A DNA stretch of 64,000 bases from the human T2T-CHM13v2.0 reference genome, Homo sapiens. The notes below the pieces were generated by a model that saw nothing but the letters and a program-made list of their open reading frames with translations, had not been told where the DNA came from and did not search any database. Within the stretch, counting starts at the first letter, position 1. The number at the start of each line of letters is the position of its first letter. The DNA lies in the NCBI RefSeq assembly GCF_009914755.1, contig NC_060939.1. One strand, 5' to 3'. Position numbers and translations under genes: made by a program. This document shows positions 41,586 to 57,381 of the stretch, one piece after another.

Positions 41586-43658
41586 GTCCTTGAGAGTAAA
41601 TGTCCAGAAACTGAGCTTTCATAGACCTGTACACGCTTTCTGGTGCTTACTTCAATATAGTGTAAGAAACTTGACTCATAAGCAGGGTCCAGGCTTATGA
41701 CAAGTTAGTACCCCCTTGCTTGGCACAGTGTCACACACAGTAGGACTCTCAGAATATTTGTTACACAAGTGAGTGAACAAATACAACACTTTAGAAAGGA
41801 AAAGAAAAAGGCAGAGTGGACATAATTGATCACTGGGCTCAGCTCCTGATTTTCATTTGCCTAATTCTGATTTCTTTTTGGCCTTAGGCAGATGGAATAG
41901 AGAATATTTTTATGGCTGGCATTTGCAGTTTTTTAAACAACAAAAACTGTTTTTTAAAAAGTCAAAAAGAAAAACACCCCAAAAAAATAAACGTTCACTC
42001 CAGGCAAACTTCCAAATATTGTGATGTGTTTTCTCTTTGTTTCAGGGGAGAGGTTCACAATGAAACAAAATATTACAGCAACCTTTTGCAGATTCAAAAG
42101 GTTAAATTCAAAATGTTATCAATAATGTAACTCCCACTGTTTTTACAAAGAAAACCTTGATCCATAAAGATACACAATTTCTATTACAAGAAAACGAAGT
42201 GGAAATGTACCTGAACTTGTAAAACTGTCATTATTTAAATATAAGCCTTAAAATTCAAGATAAAGACCTTAGCACAAATATTTGACTTTCTACTTTCATT
42301 TCCAGTGAAATGAACAAAGGAAAACAAACTTGGGAAAAATGTCTATTATGATTAGAAACCAGGAAAGAATGCCATATCTAAGTCGGAAACTTCGAGGTAT
42401 TTCTGCAAGATATAATTTAGGAAAAAGGGAATTTGATAATGAAATACATGTTAAAGAAATGGCTGCCTTGGGAAGAGCCGGAAGGAAACCAGTGTGGAAC
42501 TGCAGTCAAGCCCCCAGCCAGGAGGAGCAGGTATACGTATCGTAACGATGGGTCTCTGGGCAGCAAGTTGCTAAAAAGCAAATCTTGACCCTTCTTGGGC
42601 CTCAGACACCTAGTGCAAAGCTGATTTAACGAGGAAGACCACCTCAGCCCTCATCCCTGCTTACCCTCAGCAGTGTGCTAGGCAAAATGTGGGTATGGCC
42701 ATGACTCCTAACAAAGGCTCCATGTTTGGATCTTCTGCCCCTGCAAATACTGGGCTATGCTGACAAAAACCAACCATGGAGAAAATAAATCCTTCATACA
42801 GTGGCAAAGCTCCCTCCGGCAGGTGCCTACAATAATCGCTTATTCCCTTCTCCCCTCAGTTTACTGCATCTTTCTCAAGCAAAACAAAATGTAGCAAATT
42901 TAAACTATTCCCTTCTTTCTTCATCTGGGCCTGAACACCAACCACACAATCTCTAACAGAGCCCATCAGAACTACCAATAGCAGGCAAACCTAAACCTCT
43001 TTAAGGTGAGGGAAGAGAGAAAACAGTCACTGCAGTTTGAAATTTTATAAGTTTTTTTTTTTTTTTTAAGGAGGAGGAACAGGAGCAGCTTTTTGTTTTT
43101 TTTTGGTCTCTGTGACAGCGATGGTGGCATTCGAGAGGCTAATGGCTAAGAACAAATCCAGCAGCAGGAATATGTCCAGTTCTCATGAATAAAAGGATCT
43201 GTGTTTTTTCCCTCAGAGGACCTGATCATGGGTCCAGAAGATAACTATTTGAGTTCAACGGTTTCCTTCTTTCCTAAGTTTTCCCCTTGATTTTCTCTTA
43301 TGTCTTCCAAATATTTACCTGTACATTATTTGGTGAAAACAGTTACCTGATGGAAGAGTTTGAATCTATACTTCCCAGAAGTAACCCAAAGGCATTTGAA
43401 AACAGCAGTGAGAAAGAGTGTCCTGGATAAAGCATAATGAAAAACATCTTGTTGAGAGTTAGGATCTGGGCACAACCCCCAAATAAAAAGGGAGCTGATG
43501 TGGATGCTTCTACAATACAGTAGGATGACAGCCAAGCAGACAGTAGGTGTGCAGGATCTCTTCAGCAGGCGAGACCCTGGGACTGCCTCCTATTCAGTGC
43601 ACGTGCATACACAGAACACGAGGGCAAACACACGACCTTCCAAAACATTTTTTTCTTA

Positions 43659-44170
<512 letters not shown>

Positions 44171-45468
44171 CTATCCAAACTGGTTCAGGTATATTGTCAG
44201 AGCTATCATCACTATCTTTCTCAACTCAATGGGAACTTGAAAGTTAGCAAATTATATAAATGAAGAACAATTCTTGGTTGATTATCACCATCAATTAACT
44301 GTTGAGGTGATTTTAGAAAGCCAAACTCTCAGTGGAGTAAAATCAATATGCTCTTTCTAAGGAAATAAGATTACGTAGCAAAAAAAAAAAAAAGGGGGGG
44401 ACATTGAAGTTTTCTTTAGGCCTCTGTATGTATATTACCATATGTCACATATGACAAATTTATCTCATTTTCACTCATTACTAAGTAGATATTTTTCTTG
44501 TAATCCAGCTAAATCTTTATTCTCTTGTAGCTTGTTATAACTATCAAATTCTGAAATATTTCCAAACATTTTTAAACGTAGATAAATGAAAAAATAGAAA
44601 AAAATGTAATGATGGTCATAAAAAAAAAAAACCAACAGAAGTTTTCCAAACACATTTCTTAACAATGCCTTAGTCACCAGTAAATTACTAGAGCTAGTAT
44701 ATGTGGGACATAAATTTCTAATTAATGTACTAAGATAATGTTTTAGAGAAAGTTTCTATCAGGAATCTAAAAATGACAATTTTCTAAATATAAAGATGAA
44801 GAATCAGCACTAAAAATCTAAAGTTCTTTTTTAAATCTTCAACTTGGAAGAGTATCTCCAGTCAATACAGAGACCTACAATCTACTGGGATCATAGAAGA
44901 ATGCACACTGTAGCTTTGAGTGGAGTGTGTGTGTGAGAGAGAGAGAGCACGAGCGAGAGAATGAGAGAGATCACACACGTGAGAGTGAGCCCAGCAATCC
45001 AACGTTGGTATAGACCATGCTAGCATTTTTTATTTTTTATTTTGAGCGAGGTCTGAATTTTCTCTAAATATTTTGCAGTCTGTAGCACAGTGCTAGGAGA
45101 CAGTAAAAGTAACAGCCAAGGTGTTGCATGCAAAATCAAGTATCTAGCTTGTTTTAAGCAGACTAAACTTAAGTAGGAATTTCCAATGAATAAAGCAGAT
45201 TAGGGAGAAGCACAAAATATGTAATAGCTTTTATTTTATATCACCTTTTTCTTTCCAATTTCAATGTAGCATTCAATATACAATAGTGAATTTTCTGCAA
45301 CTTCGAATATAATTTCATGATGTTGAGAATGAGTCATTATTGAAAGAGCTCTGTATCAGGTTTCTGTGTGGAGCAGATTATTTCCTCATAGAAGATAATC
45401 TTCTTAGATTCAAAGAGAAATATAGCACGTACTATGAAGGGTTTGGGGAAAGGAGAGGTATTTCTTGG

Positions 45469-45957
45469 TGTGATGGTTAATTTTATGCATCAACTTAATT
45501 GGGCCAACAGGTGCCCAGACCAAATATTATTTCTATGTGTGTCTATGAGAGTGTTTTAGGATGAGATTAACAATTGAATGAGTGGACTCAGTAAAGTGGA
45601 CAGCCCATCTCAATGCAGGTGGCCTGAATAGAATAAAAGGCAGAAGAAGGAATTTGTCCCTTCTTTCTTGCCTAACTGCATGAGCTAGGCCATCTCATCA
45701 CATTTCCTGCACAAGGACTAGAATTTACACCATAGGCTCCCCTGGTTCTCAGTCCTTCGGACTTTGAGTAAACACCACTACCTTTCCTGGGTCTCTAGCT
45801 TACAGACAGCAGACTTTGAGACTTCTAGGCCTCCACAATCACATGAGCAAATTCATTATAATAAAGCTCCTAAAAGTATAGATATAGATGTAAATATAGA
45901 TGTACACGCACACACACAAACATAAAACTTATTGGTTCTGAGAACTCTGACTATACA
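45469..45957 (+). mobile_element. MLT2 (ERVL) solo LTR
   Basis: tgtgatggttaattttatg...tattggttctgagaactctgactataca, 5-bp TSD cttgg/ctagg. Confidence 0.88.
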
Positions 45958-46450
45958 CTAGGTGCATTTTTTTTTAATGTAAACCTTTTCATGAAAAATG
46001 AAAAAACGGTGAGTGTTGGTAGCTTATTTGATAATACATACAGTACTTTGGGGTACTGTGACTACATCAGGTCATAAGGAATAAAAGTAAGTATGTATTT
46101 ATGCCACCAGCATTTAATAAAATATACAAAAGGAACGAAAGCAGACTCTTGGCAAATGAAGTATTTTTAGTCATTGTACTTACTTAAAGAGAAAACAACT
46201 CCACAAGTATCCTTACTTTGTTGTGGTATTTAATTACTATTTTAAAAGTTAAATTCTATATCTCTCACAATAAAGATGGGGAGAAGGACCAGTCTGAAGA
46301 ATCAGTGCAAATATTTCCCATTAAAATAGACATATTTCAGGACAAAGCTTTTAACAATGATATTTGAGAATATGCTGCATCTATAATATAAAATTAGAAA
46401 ACACAGTCATACAAAAGAATAATCTGAGATTTGTAACAATTGCTTAGAGG

Positions 46451-46745
<295 letters not shown>

Positions 46746-47227
46746 TAACAGATTTTTTTAAAAGATTAATAATTTTAAAATGTTAATGATGGCAAAGGAA
46801 TAACAGGATAGACAGAAGAAGAACCCAAATCAATAAAATAGACAAGATAGGGAACTTCGGTTATAAACCCAAATGATTTTGAAAGTGATGGGGATAAAAA
46901 GATGAGAGAAATATATTACAGATCCAGAAGAACCAAAGTAACTATAATAATAATTTCAAAAACAGAGGAAAGAAGGGATTATCAAAAAAGATAGTTGAAA
47001 ATAGTTCCCTGGAGTTAAAAAGGACATGAAACTTTAGGATGAAAGAGATGACTAAATACCAATTAATTCACAAAATTAATGAATATTAAATTTGGAAATC
47101 AAAAATAACAAAAATTCCTAAAAGAAGTCAAGCAATGAAAAAACAAGTTTCTTACAAAGGAAAAAATGAATGACATCAGACCTCACCTACAATACTAATC
47201 ACCACAAGACAACAGACTAGTTGTCTA

Positions 47228-47445
47228 GAACACAGGTCACAAACTATAGCCCTAAGACTAAATCTGGTCTGTTGCCTGTTTTTGTAAATAGAGTTGTATT
47301 GGAACACTGTCTGTTTTGGTACCGTCTATGGTTTCTTTCATATTGCAGTGGCACAATCGAGCTGCTGTCAAAGATTCCATGGCCTGAAAAGCCTAAAATA
47401 TTTACTATCTAGCACTTGACAGAAAATAATTGCCAAATCCTGGGC
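47228..47445 (-). mobile_element. MER58 within old L1 ORF1 fragments
   Basis: caaactatagccc...aaatctggtctgttgcctgtttttgtaaata...aagcctaaaatatttactatct. Confidence 0.8.
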
Positions 47446-47807
47446 TAGAATTCTGGGTGGACAAAAGAAACAAAAACAAAAAACTGTGACCCTAGAATTC
47501 TATCCTATTCAAGAATTCACTGATGTGTACAAAGACAGCCTCAAAAATAAAAGCATTCTGAAAACATACCACTCACGGACCATGCTGAAAAAAACTACTT
47601 AAAGGAATATTCCATCTGACCAAGAAATTCATCAAAATACATAAATCAAGAATAAAGAAGATATGCTATAACAGTAGGAACAAGGAACCATGAACCCAGG
47701 AAAATTTACAGTTCAGTTTAAATGACTCTTCTCTATACTCTATAATATAGTAAGAAAATAATCGAATGTCAATGAAAAAAATTCTTTAAAGAATATACAC
47801 ATCTTTA

Positions 47808-48176
<369 letters not shown>

Positions 48177-48832
48177 TTAATTTCTTGTCTTTCACAGGGG
48201 TAAGGTCAATAAATACTATATTTATAATGCTAGTGAGAATTTGAGGCTAAAAATATTTTAATGTAACCAATAGTAGAAATGAATGCATAATTATGAAGTA
48301 CTAGAGGGAAAAAAGGACACAAAGAAAAGGAAATGACAAAAAAAATTGTCTCCCAAAAACATGATGACAAAGGTAACAGAAAGAAGGCCAGACACATGCA
48401 TTATTCCCAAAAAAAGAGGACAGACTGAACAGCCTAACTAAAAGACTACCAGTTGGGTACAAATATCAAAAATTCAATCATAAGCTATTTACAGAGGGAT
48501 GCCCCACAGAAAATTGATGAGGGGAGAATTCAAGACAAAGGGATTTTTTTTTTTTTTAGTGTTCAATTTCCACTTTATCTTCTTTCATTACCTCTTTTAT
48601 AATTAACGATTCATTTGCAGTTTTGCTGAATAAAAAAATTATACAAATATTCTCAGACAAAAAAAATTAATGCCAAACTTAAAGGTGATTACTAGAAAAA
48701 TAGTACTTTTAAGTACTATCAAGGAAACTCTGTATAATGTTTGAAGTGACAATCTGAAATGCTTAAACAAAAAGAAAAGAAGAAAATTAAATGCTGACTT
48801 CAAATGCTATTAAAATTAAAATTTTTTACATA

Positions 48833-49156
<324 letters not shown>

Positions 49157-49404
49157 TCATTTTAATAGAATACACGAGGCCCAAACAGAAATCCTGCAGT
49201 TCAATCAAAATAAGTCTTCAAACTAATGAAGCTTTTTTATGCTATACTCTTTACAGAGATCATTAAGCACACTACAATGAAGAAATCCCATTTTCTCTGA
49301 TCTAATTCTGTAACATTACCAGGTAACACTGTGGAGCCCTATGACCTTCTGGTCTTGTAGGGCTCAGGGATCATGGGTGTTTAAATAGGGAAATGTCATG
49401 TGAG

Positions 49405-49917
49405 TGATGCAGGACAGGTGAGCCCCAAAACTGGGGTTATGCCCAGGAGGGTTTTTGGCTTTGCCGGGAAAGAATTCAGGAGTGAGCCTTTGACTGAACA
49501 GTACTGCTCCTTGCAGAGTAGGGCTAGCGCTCAGGCAGTAGCCCAGAGTCAGCAAGGCAGGGGCTCCTGGCAACTGTATTTAACATTCAGGTAAACCCAC
49601 ATTTGGCTATATGTAAATTAAGGGGCAGGTCAATGCAAATTGAGGTTATTTAGAACTTTCTACAAAAGGATCGTAATTTCCAGGTTGTTGCCATGGAAAG
49701 GGGTAGTAACTTCCAGGTCATTGCCATGGCATTTGTAAATCGTCATGGTGCTGGTAGGAGTTTCTTATGCCAATGAGCAATGACAGCAGCCAGGGATCAC
49801 TTTTGTCGTCGTCTGCTGGTTTCTGCCGGTTTCTCCATTTTATCCTGTCTGGACCACATCCTGTTTTGGTCAGCAGTGTCGTGACCAAAAAGCAAGTCCT
49901 GCTGGTCTGTTACCTCA
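49405..49917 (-). mobile_element. ERV1 solo LTR (MER66-like)
   Basis: TG...CA ends with a perfect 4-bp TSD tgag (49401-49404 and 49918-49921); ggacaggtgagccccaaaactgggg and gttgccatggaaagggg motifs. Confidence 0.8.
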
Positions 49918-50194
49918 TGAGAAAGGATGCCTTTTCACCATAGGGCTGTGCACTTCTGAAAGACCTTAGAGGCCCAGCCTAGCTGACCATTAGGGAGACC
50001 ACAGGGCTTGCAAGTAGGACGCAGTCAACACCGCAGGGCACTCAGTAAAACCTCCAGGAAACAGAGTGAGAACAGCAAAAGAGGAAGCTCAGGGCTTCAG
50101 GACCCTTCACCTTTCAGTCCCCATCCTTCTTTCTGTATCCCTATCTCAATCCCATTGTGACGCCTCCTGGTGCCAGGCTCCAGCTATAGATATA

Positions 50195-50455
50195 TGATGT
50201 AGTGGTTTAGGGCTGGGGTCTTAACAGCCAAAGGGACCTGGGTCTTAATATTATTTCTGCCACTCATGAGTTGTGTGACCATCGATAAGGTACTTCATCT
50301 GAGCCTTTTTTCTGATCTATAAAATAGAGGAGCAGGATATTAATAGCACCCATGCCTCTGCAGGGTATGGAAAGAATCAAATGAAGCAATGCAAAATAAT
50401 TGCTTAGCACAGTTTCTGGCAGGTAGTAAGTACTCAAGAAATTTGGACTGTTATT
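50195..50455 (+). mobile_element. MIR
   Basis: ctgccactcatgagttgtgtgacc...tctataaaatagagg...gcttagcacagtttctggcaggtagtaagtactcaa. Confidence 0.8.
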
Positions 50456-51761
50456 ACATTATGCATCTCTCCCACATACCACATCCCTGAAAAATCAGAA
50501 ATTTCCTCTCCTGAACATTCCCTTTTGCAATGATGGTAAGAAATCAGTGAAAATCCTCTCTGAAAAAAAAAATACTGTATATCAAACAAAATCATCCAAA
50601 GCCAGCCATTTCAGGGATTTGGAAGCTGACCAAAGACTGAGTAGGAACAGCAGAAGTCTCTGGTCCTCTTACCTGGTGAGGTTCCCAGGCCCCCAGCTCA
50701 GTCCTCAAGAATGGCAGTTTTACCAATATGGGGCTGGCTGGAAAAAACAGCAGCTCTGCTGCCAGAAGGGGCAGACTTAACTTGTGGTAGGGGGCTTTGT
50801 GAGCTAAACATAGGAATATTACAGGAAAAATTACAGCTTTACTTGCCAAGGTTGTAATCCCAGTTGGTGTAAGAGCATAATGGGAATGTAATGTGGCTAT
50901 ACTAAAATAAGAGGTCCATAGAAGGGCTGAGATAAACTCTTCCTACATACCTGGCTGACTAGAAACTATAGGGATATGCAGGGAAGATCTGAGAGAGCTT
51001 GGCAGAGAGTAACAGCCAAGGACAACTAGAGAAGTGCTAAAACTTGAATGCACTCTGCAACTCACAGACAGATCAATCAGTGGAGCTTCATGCATTCCAG
51101 TGTTTGAAAACAACTACTATCTAAATCACTGGCTCAGAATCACTTCTAGAATGGCAGAGTAGAAAACTAAAAATCTGCTCCTTAATAAAACCAGCAAGAA
51201 CATTGGGAAAAATGGTCAAAATCAACTTTTCAAAACTCTAGAAATTAGTCAAAGGCTTACAACAATCTAAATGTTTATTCTCTGTAAGAACAGTGAGCTT
51301 TGTGCCTTTTCAACTTGCCCCATTCCCATCCCCCTCTCCCCAGCTTCATGGTAGACTTGAAAATCAACAGCCTTACAACTAAAATAGCTGTGACAACCAC
51401 CAACAGCCTGGCAGCCAATGGAGGGGCAGAACAGGTTTGGAGCTCAACAAAAGCTCCATCCCAGAAAACTGTCACTAATTAATTTGTCTGGCAGTTCCCT
51501 GAAAAGGTGCATTGTCAGGTCTTATCTTTACTTGATCTGACTCATAGCTCTCTCCATGCAAAAAGCCCTAGCCCTAGGACATTTATTTTAAAAATCAATG
51601 GCAATTGTTTAATATCACAGCTGTCTGGGGCAGGAATCCAGTTAGTGCTAACAAGAGGCTGACCAAAAAACTTAAAAGGAAAAACTGGGGAAGAAGATGT
51701 CCTGAGGAGCCTTTGAAAAGCTCCGACATATTCCAGGGAATCTAGAAGGCTATCTCAGGGC

Positions 51762-52273
51762 TGTTCCTTGCTGAAAAAAAGAATTCAGCGATATTTCTCC
51801 TATTCGCTTTTGTAAGAGGAGAAATATGGCTCTGTTCTGCCCGGCTCTCAGGCAGTCAGACCTGATGGTTATCTCCCTTGTTCCCTGAACATCGCTGTTA
51901 TCCTGTTCTTTTTTCAAGGTGCCCAGATTTCATATTGTTTAAACACACATGCTTTACGAACAATTTGTGCAGTTAACGCAATCATCACAGGGTCCTGAGG
52001 CGACACACATCCCCAGCTTACAAAGATGATGGGATTAAGAGATTAAAATAAAGACAGGCATAGGAAATCACAAGAGTATTGATTGGGGAAGTGACAAATG
52101 TCCATGAAATCTTCACAGTTTATGTTCAGAGACTGCAGTAAAGACAGGTGTAAGAAATTATAAAAGTATTAATTTCGAGAACTAATAAATGTCCATGAAA
52201 TCTTCACAATTTATGTTCTTCTGCCATGGCTTCAGCCGGTCCCTCCGTTCAGGGTCCCTGACTTCCCGCAACA
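51762..52273 (-). mobile_element. MER11 (HERV-K11 LTR), 5' half only
   Basis: The reverse complement begins TGTTGCGGGAAGTCAGGGACCC and has the duplicated GAACATAAA.TGTGAAGATTTCATGGACA block typical of MER11B/C. Confidence 0.88.
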
Positions 52274-53333
52274 AAAGCGACAAAAAAAAAAAAAAATCAC
52301 TAGAGATCCTCAGATCCTCATAAGATTAACAGCTGAATTGTCAATGGCAACCTGGAGGCCAGAAGGCAGTGAAAATAACACATTCAAAGTGCTGAATGAA
52401 AAACACTGCCAGCCAAGAATTCTATCTCCAGCAAAGCTGTCCTTCAAAAACAGAGAAGACACAATGCCAAGACAATGCAATACGGAAAGAATCATCTTTT
52501 TAAAGACAGTGCTGGGACAACCAAATATCCATATACAAAAGAATAAGTTGGCCCCAACTTATACCATTTACAACAATTCACTCAAAATACATCAAAGACC
52601 TAAATGTAAGAGCTAAAACAATAAAACTCTTAGAAAAAAACGGAGGCATAAATCTTCATGACCTTGGATTAGGCAATGGTTTCTTAGCTATGATACCAAA
52701 AGCACAAGTAGCAAAAAATTATTACATAGGACTCCATCAAAATCAAAAACTTTGCTTCAAAGTTCACCATCAAGAGAGTGAAAAAACACAATGGGAGAAA
52801 TATTTGCAAATCACATATCTGACAAGGAACTTATTATCCAGAACACATAAAAAACTTAGATAACACAACAGTAAAAAGGCAACGTAATTAAAATTGGGCA
52901 AAAGATTTGAATATTTGAAGAAACAATCATTGGCTCACCACTAAGCTATATGGACATAGGAGCAGCACCTAGGAAGCCAGGCCAAAAAATAAGCACACAA
53001 AAATTGAGCAGAGATATCTATAGACACATATCATAGGGAGATATGTGCTAACTGGCTAAGAGCAAGCTAGTTACCAAAAAACAAACAAACACTTCAAAAA
53101 GTAAATCAGAATCCAGAGATACTACAAGATATTATCAAAAAGATTTCAACAACAAAAAAAATATAGGATATGCAAAGAAACAAGAAAGTGACCTATAATC
53201 AAGGTGGGGGAAATCAGTCAAGGAAAATGAAGTCTAAGTGGGCCAAGATATTCAATTTAGCAAAGACATCAAAGCAGCCATTATGAATATGAGCCAAGAA
53301 TTAAAGAAAATTCTGTTCAAAAAAACTAAAGTA

Positions 53334-53635
<302 letters not shown>

Positions 53636-53765
53636 GTAAAGGAAACAAATGTTCCTAGAATTAAATGAATATATGACACCAATGACTCAACAAATAAAGA
53701 ATATCAATGAAGAAACTGAAACTTTCAATAAGTATCAAACTCTACAGTTGAAAAGTTCAACAACT

Positions 53766-54068
<303 letters not shown>

Positions 54069-54421
54069 CTACTGAAATAAAAAATGCACTACATGGATTC
54101 AACAATGGGTTTGAGATGATGGAAGAAAAAAGGCAGTGTACTTAAAGACAGATCTACAGAAATTATCCAACGTGAAAAAAGAAAAAAAAGACTGAAGAAA
54201 AATGAACACAGCCTAAGTGACTTGTGGGACAATATCAAGAATACCAATATACTATACATGGAATAAGAGTCCTAGAAGGAGAAGAGAGACAATGTGGCAG
54301 GAAAAAAATTTTTTTTGAAAAATAATGGCTGAGAACCTCCTATAGTTGATGAAAAAATTAATCTACAGACCCAAGAAGCTCAATAAATCCCATATAGGAT
54401 AAAACTAAAGAAATCTACACA

Positions 54422-54975
<554 letters not shown>

Positions 54976-55219
54976 TTACTGGCAGAGCTGTCTGAGAAAG
55001 ACTAAAGAAAATCCTTTGGGCCAAAAGGAAATTACACTGGATGGTAACTTGAATTCACAGGAAAGAATGAAGAACACTGGAAACAGTAAGTAGGAAGGTA
55101 AACACAAAAGACTGGTTTTTTCTCTTTTCTTCTATTCCTTTTTAAAACATAAGAGTTCTTAAAGCAATAATTATAATACTATTTGTTAGATTTATAGTAC
55201 ATACAGATGTAACTTATAC

Positions 55220-55901
55220 TGTTGTGTGAATTAGGAGGACAAGAGAGACCTCGGGGTAAACCAGGAGGATCTTTTCTGAGTGCACTCAGACCCAGCAAAC
55301 TCAACATCCAAAAACTGAGCCAAGAACAAAGACAGCACTTGACGCTTATACACACTTCTAAAAGGGGATGGGCTAACTTGAGTCAAGCTTACACTGGCGC
55401 AAAGCAAAAGCAAGGATACAGAGGCAAGACAAGACGGTTAATCAAATTGTAACAGGTTCATAACTCAGGATTACACATGACCATTGCTATGCAACTCAGA
55501 TGGCCATTATCTAGTTTGCCGTAGTGCCTAGCAAGGCTTATTCCATGGCCTTCACTATGGTGCCCAGGTGGCCGTATCTCAGGCCTGCTCAGTTGCTTTA
55601 TGACCATCACTCCACTGCTTAGATAAAACAGAATACTAGAAGTCACTAGTTACAGGGAACAGGAATCTATAAACTCATACTGTAAAACAAAGAGAAATTT
55701 GTTTTTCTTCTCCCTATGTGGAGGGAGTGGTGGGAGAGTCTCCAGAGCACATTCTTCTGTGTCCTGGCTTCTTAGATAGTATTATCAAGACTTTTCCTGG
55801 GTTTCAGCTGTGCTTGTTGCTGCCTCTGGGACAAGTCAGCCTAGCACAGGAAAGCTTATTCCCTTTTTTTTTTTTCTTTCTTTCTTTAATTTCCTGCCTC
55901 A
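55220..55901 (-). mobile_element. ERV1 solo LTR (LTR15/LTR4-group-like)
   Basis: The reverse complement starts TGAGGCAGGAAATTAAAG and ends CAACA. 4-bp TSD atac/atat, and the flanks rejoin as L1 sequence. Confidence 0.75.
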
Positions 55902-56314
55902 ATATGACAATAATAACATAAATGGGGAAGGAAGAATGGAATTATATAAGAGCAAAGTTGCTGTATTTTACTGGAGTCAGATGAATACTAATCTGAAACA
56001 GACTGTACTAAATAAAAGATGTAATCCCTCCAGAAACTGCAAAAACAATTTAATACATAGCTTAAAAATCAACAGAGGAACTAAAACAGCACATCAAAAA
56101 AAATTTAACACAAAAAATTTTCATTTTCATTTGTATCATGCTTTTCATTTGTATCATCCATTAGTGGAATTTTGAAATTCCACTAAATGACCAGTACTTC
56201 CCAAATTTTTCACTAAGGTAACTGCAGAGAAAGTTAAAATCCCTGGAGGGTCTGCCTGCAGGCCTGCCCACAGAGGCAAAGTTTTTGCTTTAATATTTTG
56301 TGTTTTACCTTTAA

Positions 56315-56506
<192 letters not shown>

Positions 56507-56960
56507 TAAAATTTGTGAATTTTATTTATCTTCTATATGCTACCTTTGTGATTGTATTTGTTATAAAACTAATGTGTGGTTTGTATGTTTATATGTTTGT
56601 TTTTCTGGTTTGTTTCTGCTAAAATGTTGAAGTAAAATTAATAGTTGAAGAAAATTTACCCAATAAGGCCTGTAATAGATGCATGCCTTCTTGAGAAGCA
56701 GAGGCCTAAATCAGTGGCTTTCAAACATTTTAGAAACTCAGTAAGAAAAACATCATGACCCATTTTATACACAGCACATGCATATACACACACACATGCA
56801 CACATATATACACACAAAACTCTGACTAAAATCAAAATTTCTTTCCTAGCTCTTTCTTGTTTTTTAATTAATCACAGGACTTCTTACAAGTGATTCTGGT
56901 TCCCTGTGTCACTACACCCAAAGAACACTTAAATTTTTACAGTGGATTTGACTGCTTTAA

Positions 56961-57381
<421 letters not shown>

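Noticed and set aside
52095-52220. Internal direct repeat aaatgtccatgaaatcttcaca.tttatgttc
   Set aside because: Part of the normal MER11 consensus structure.
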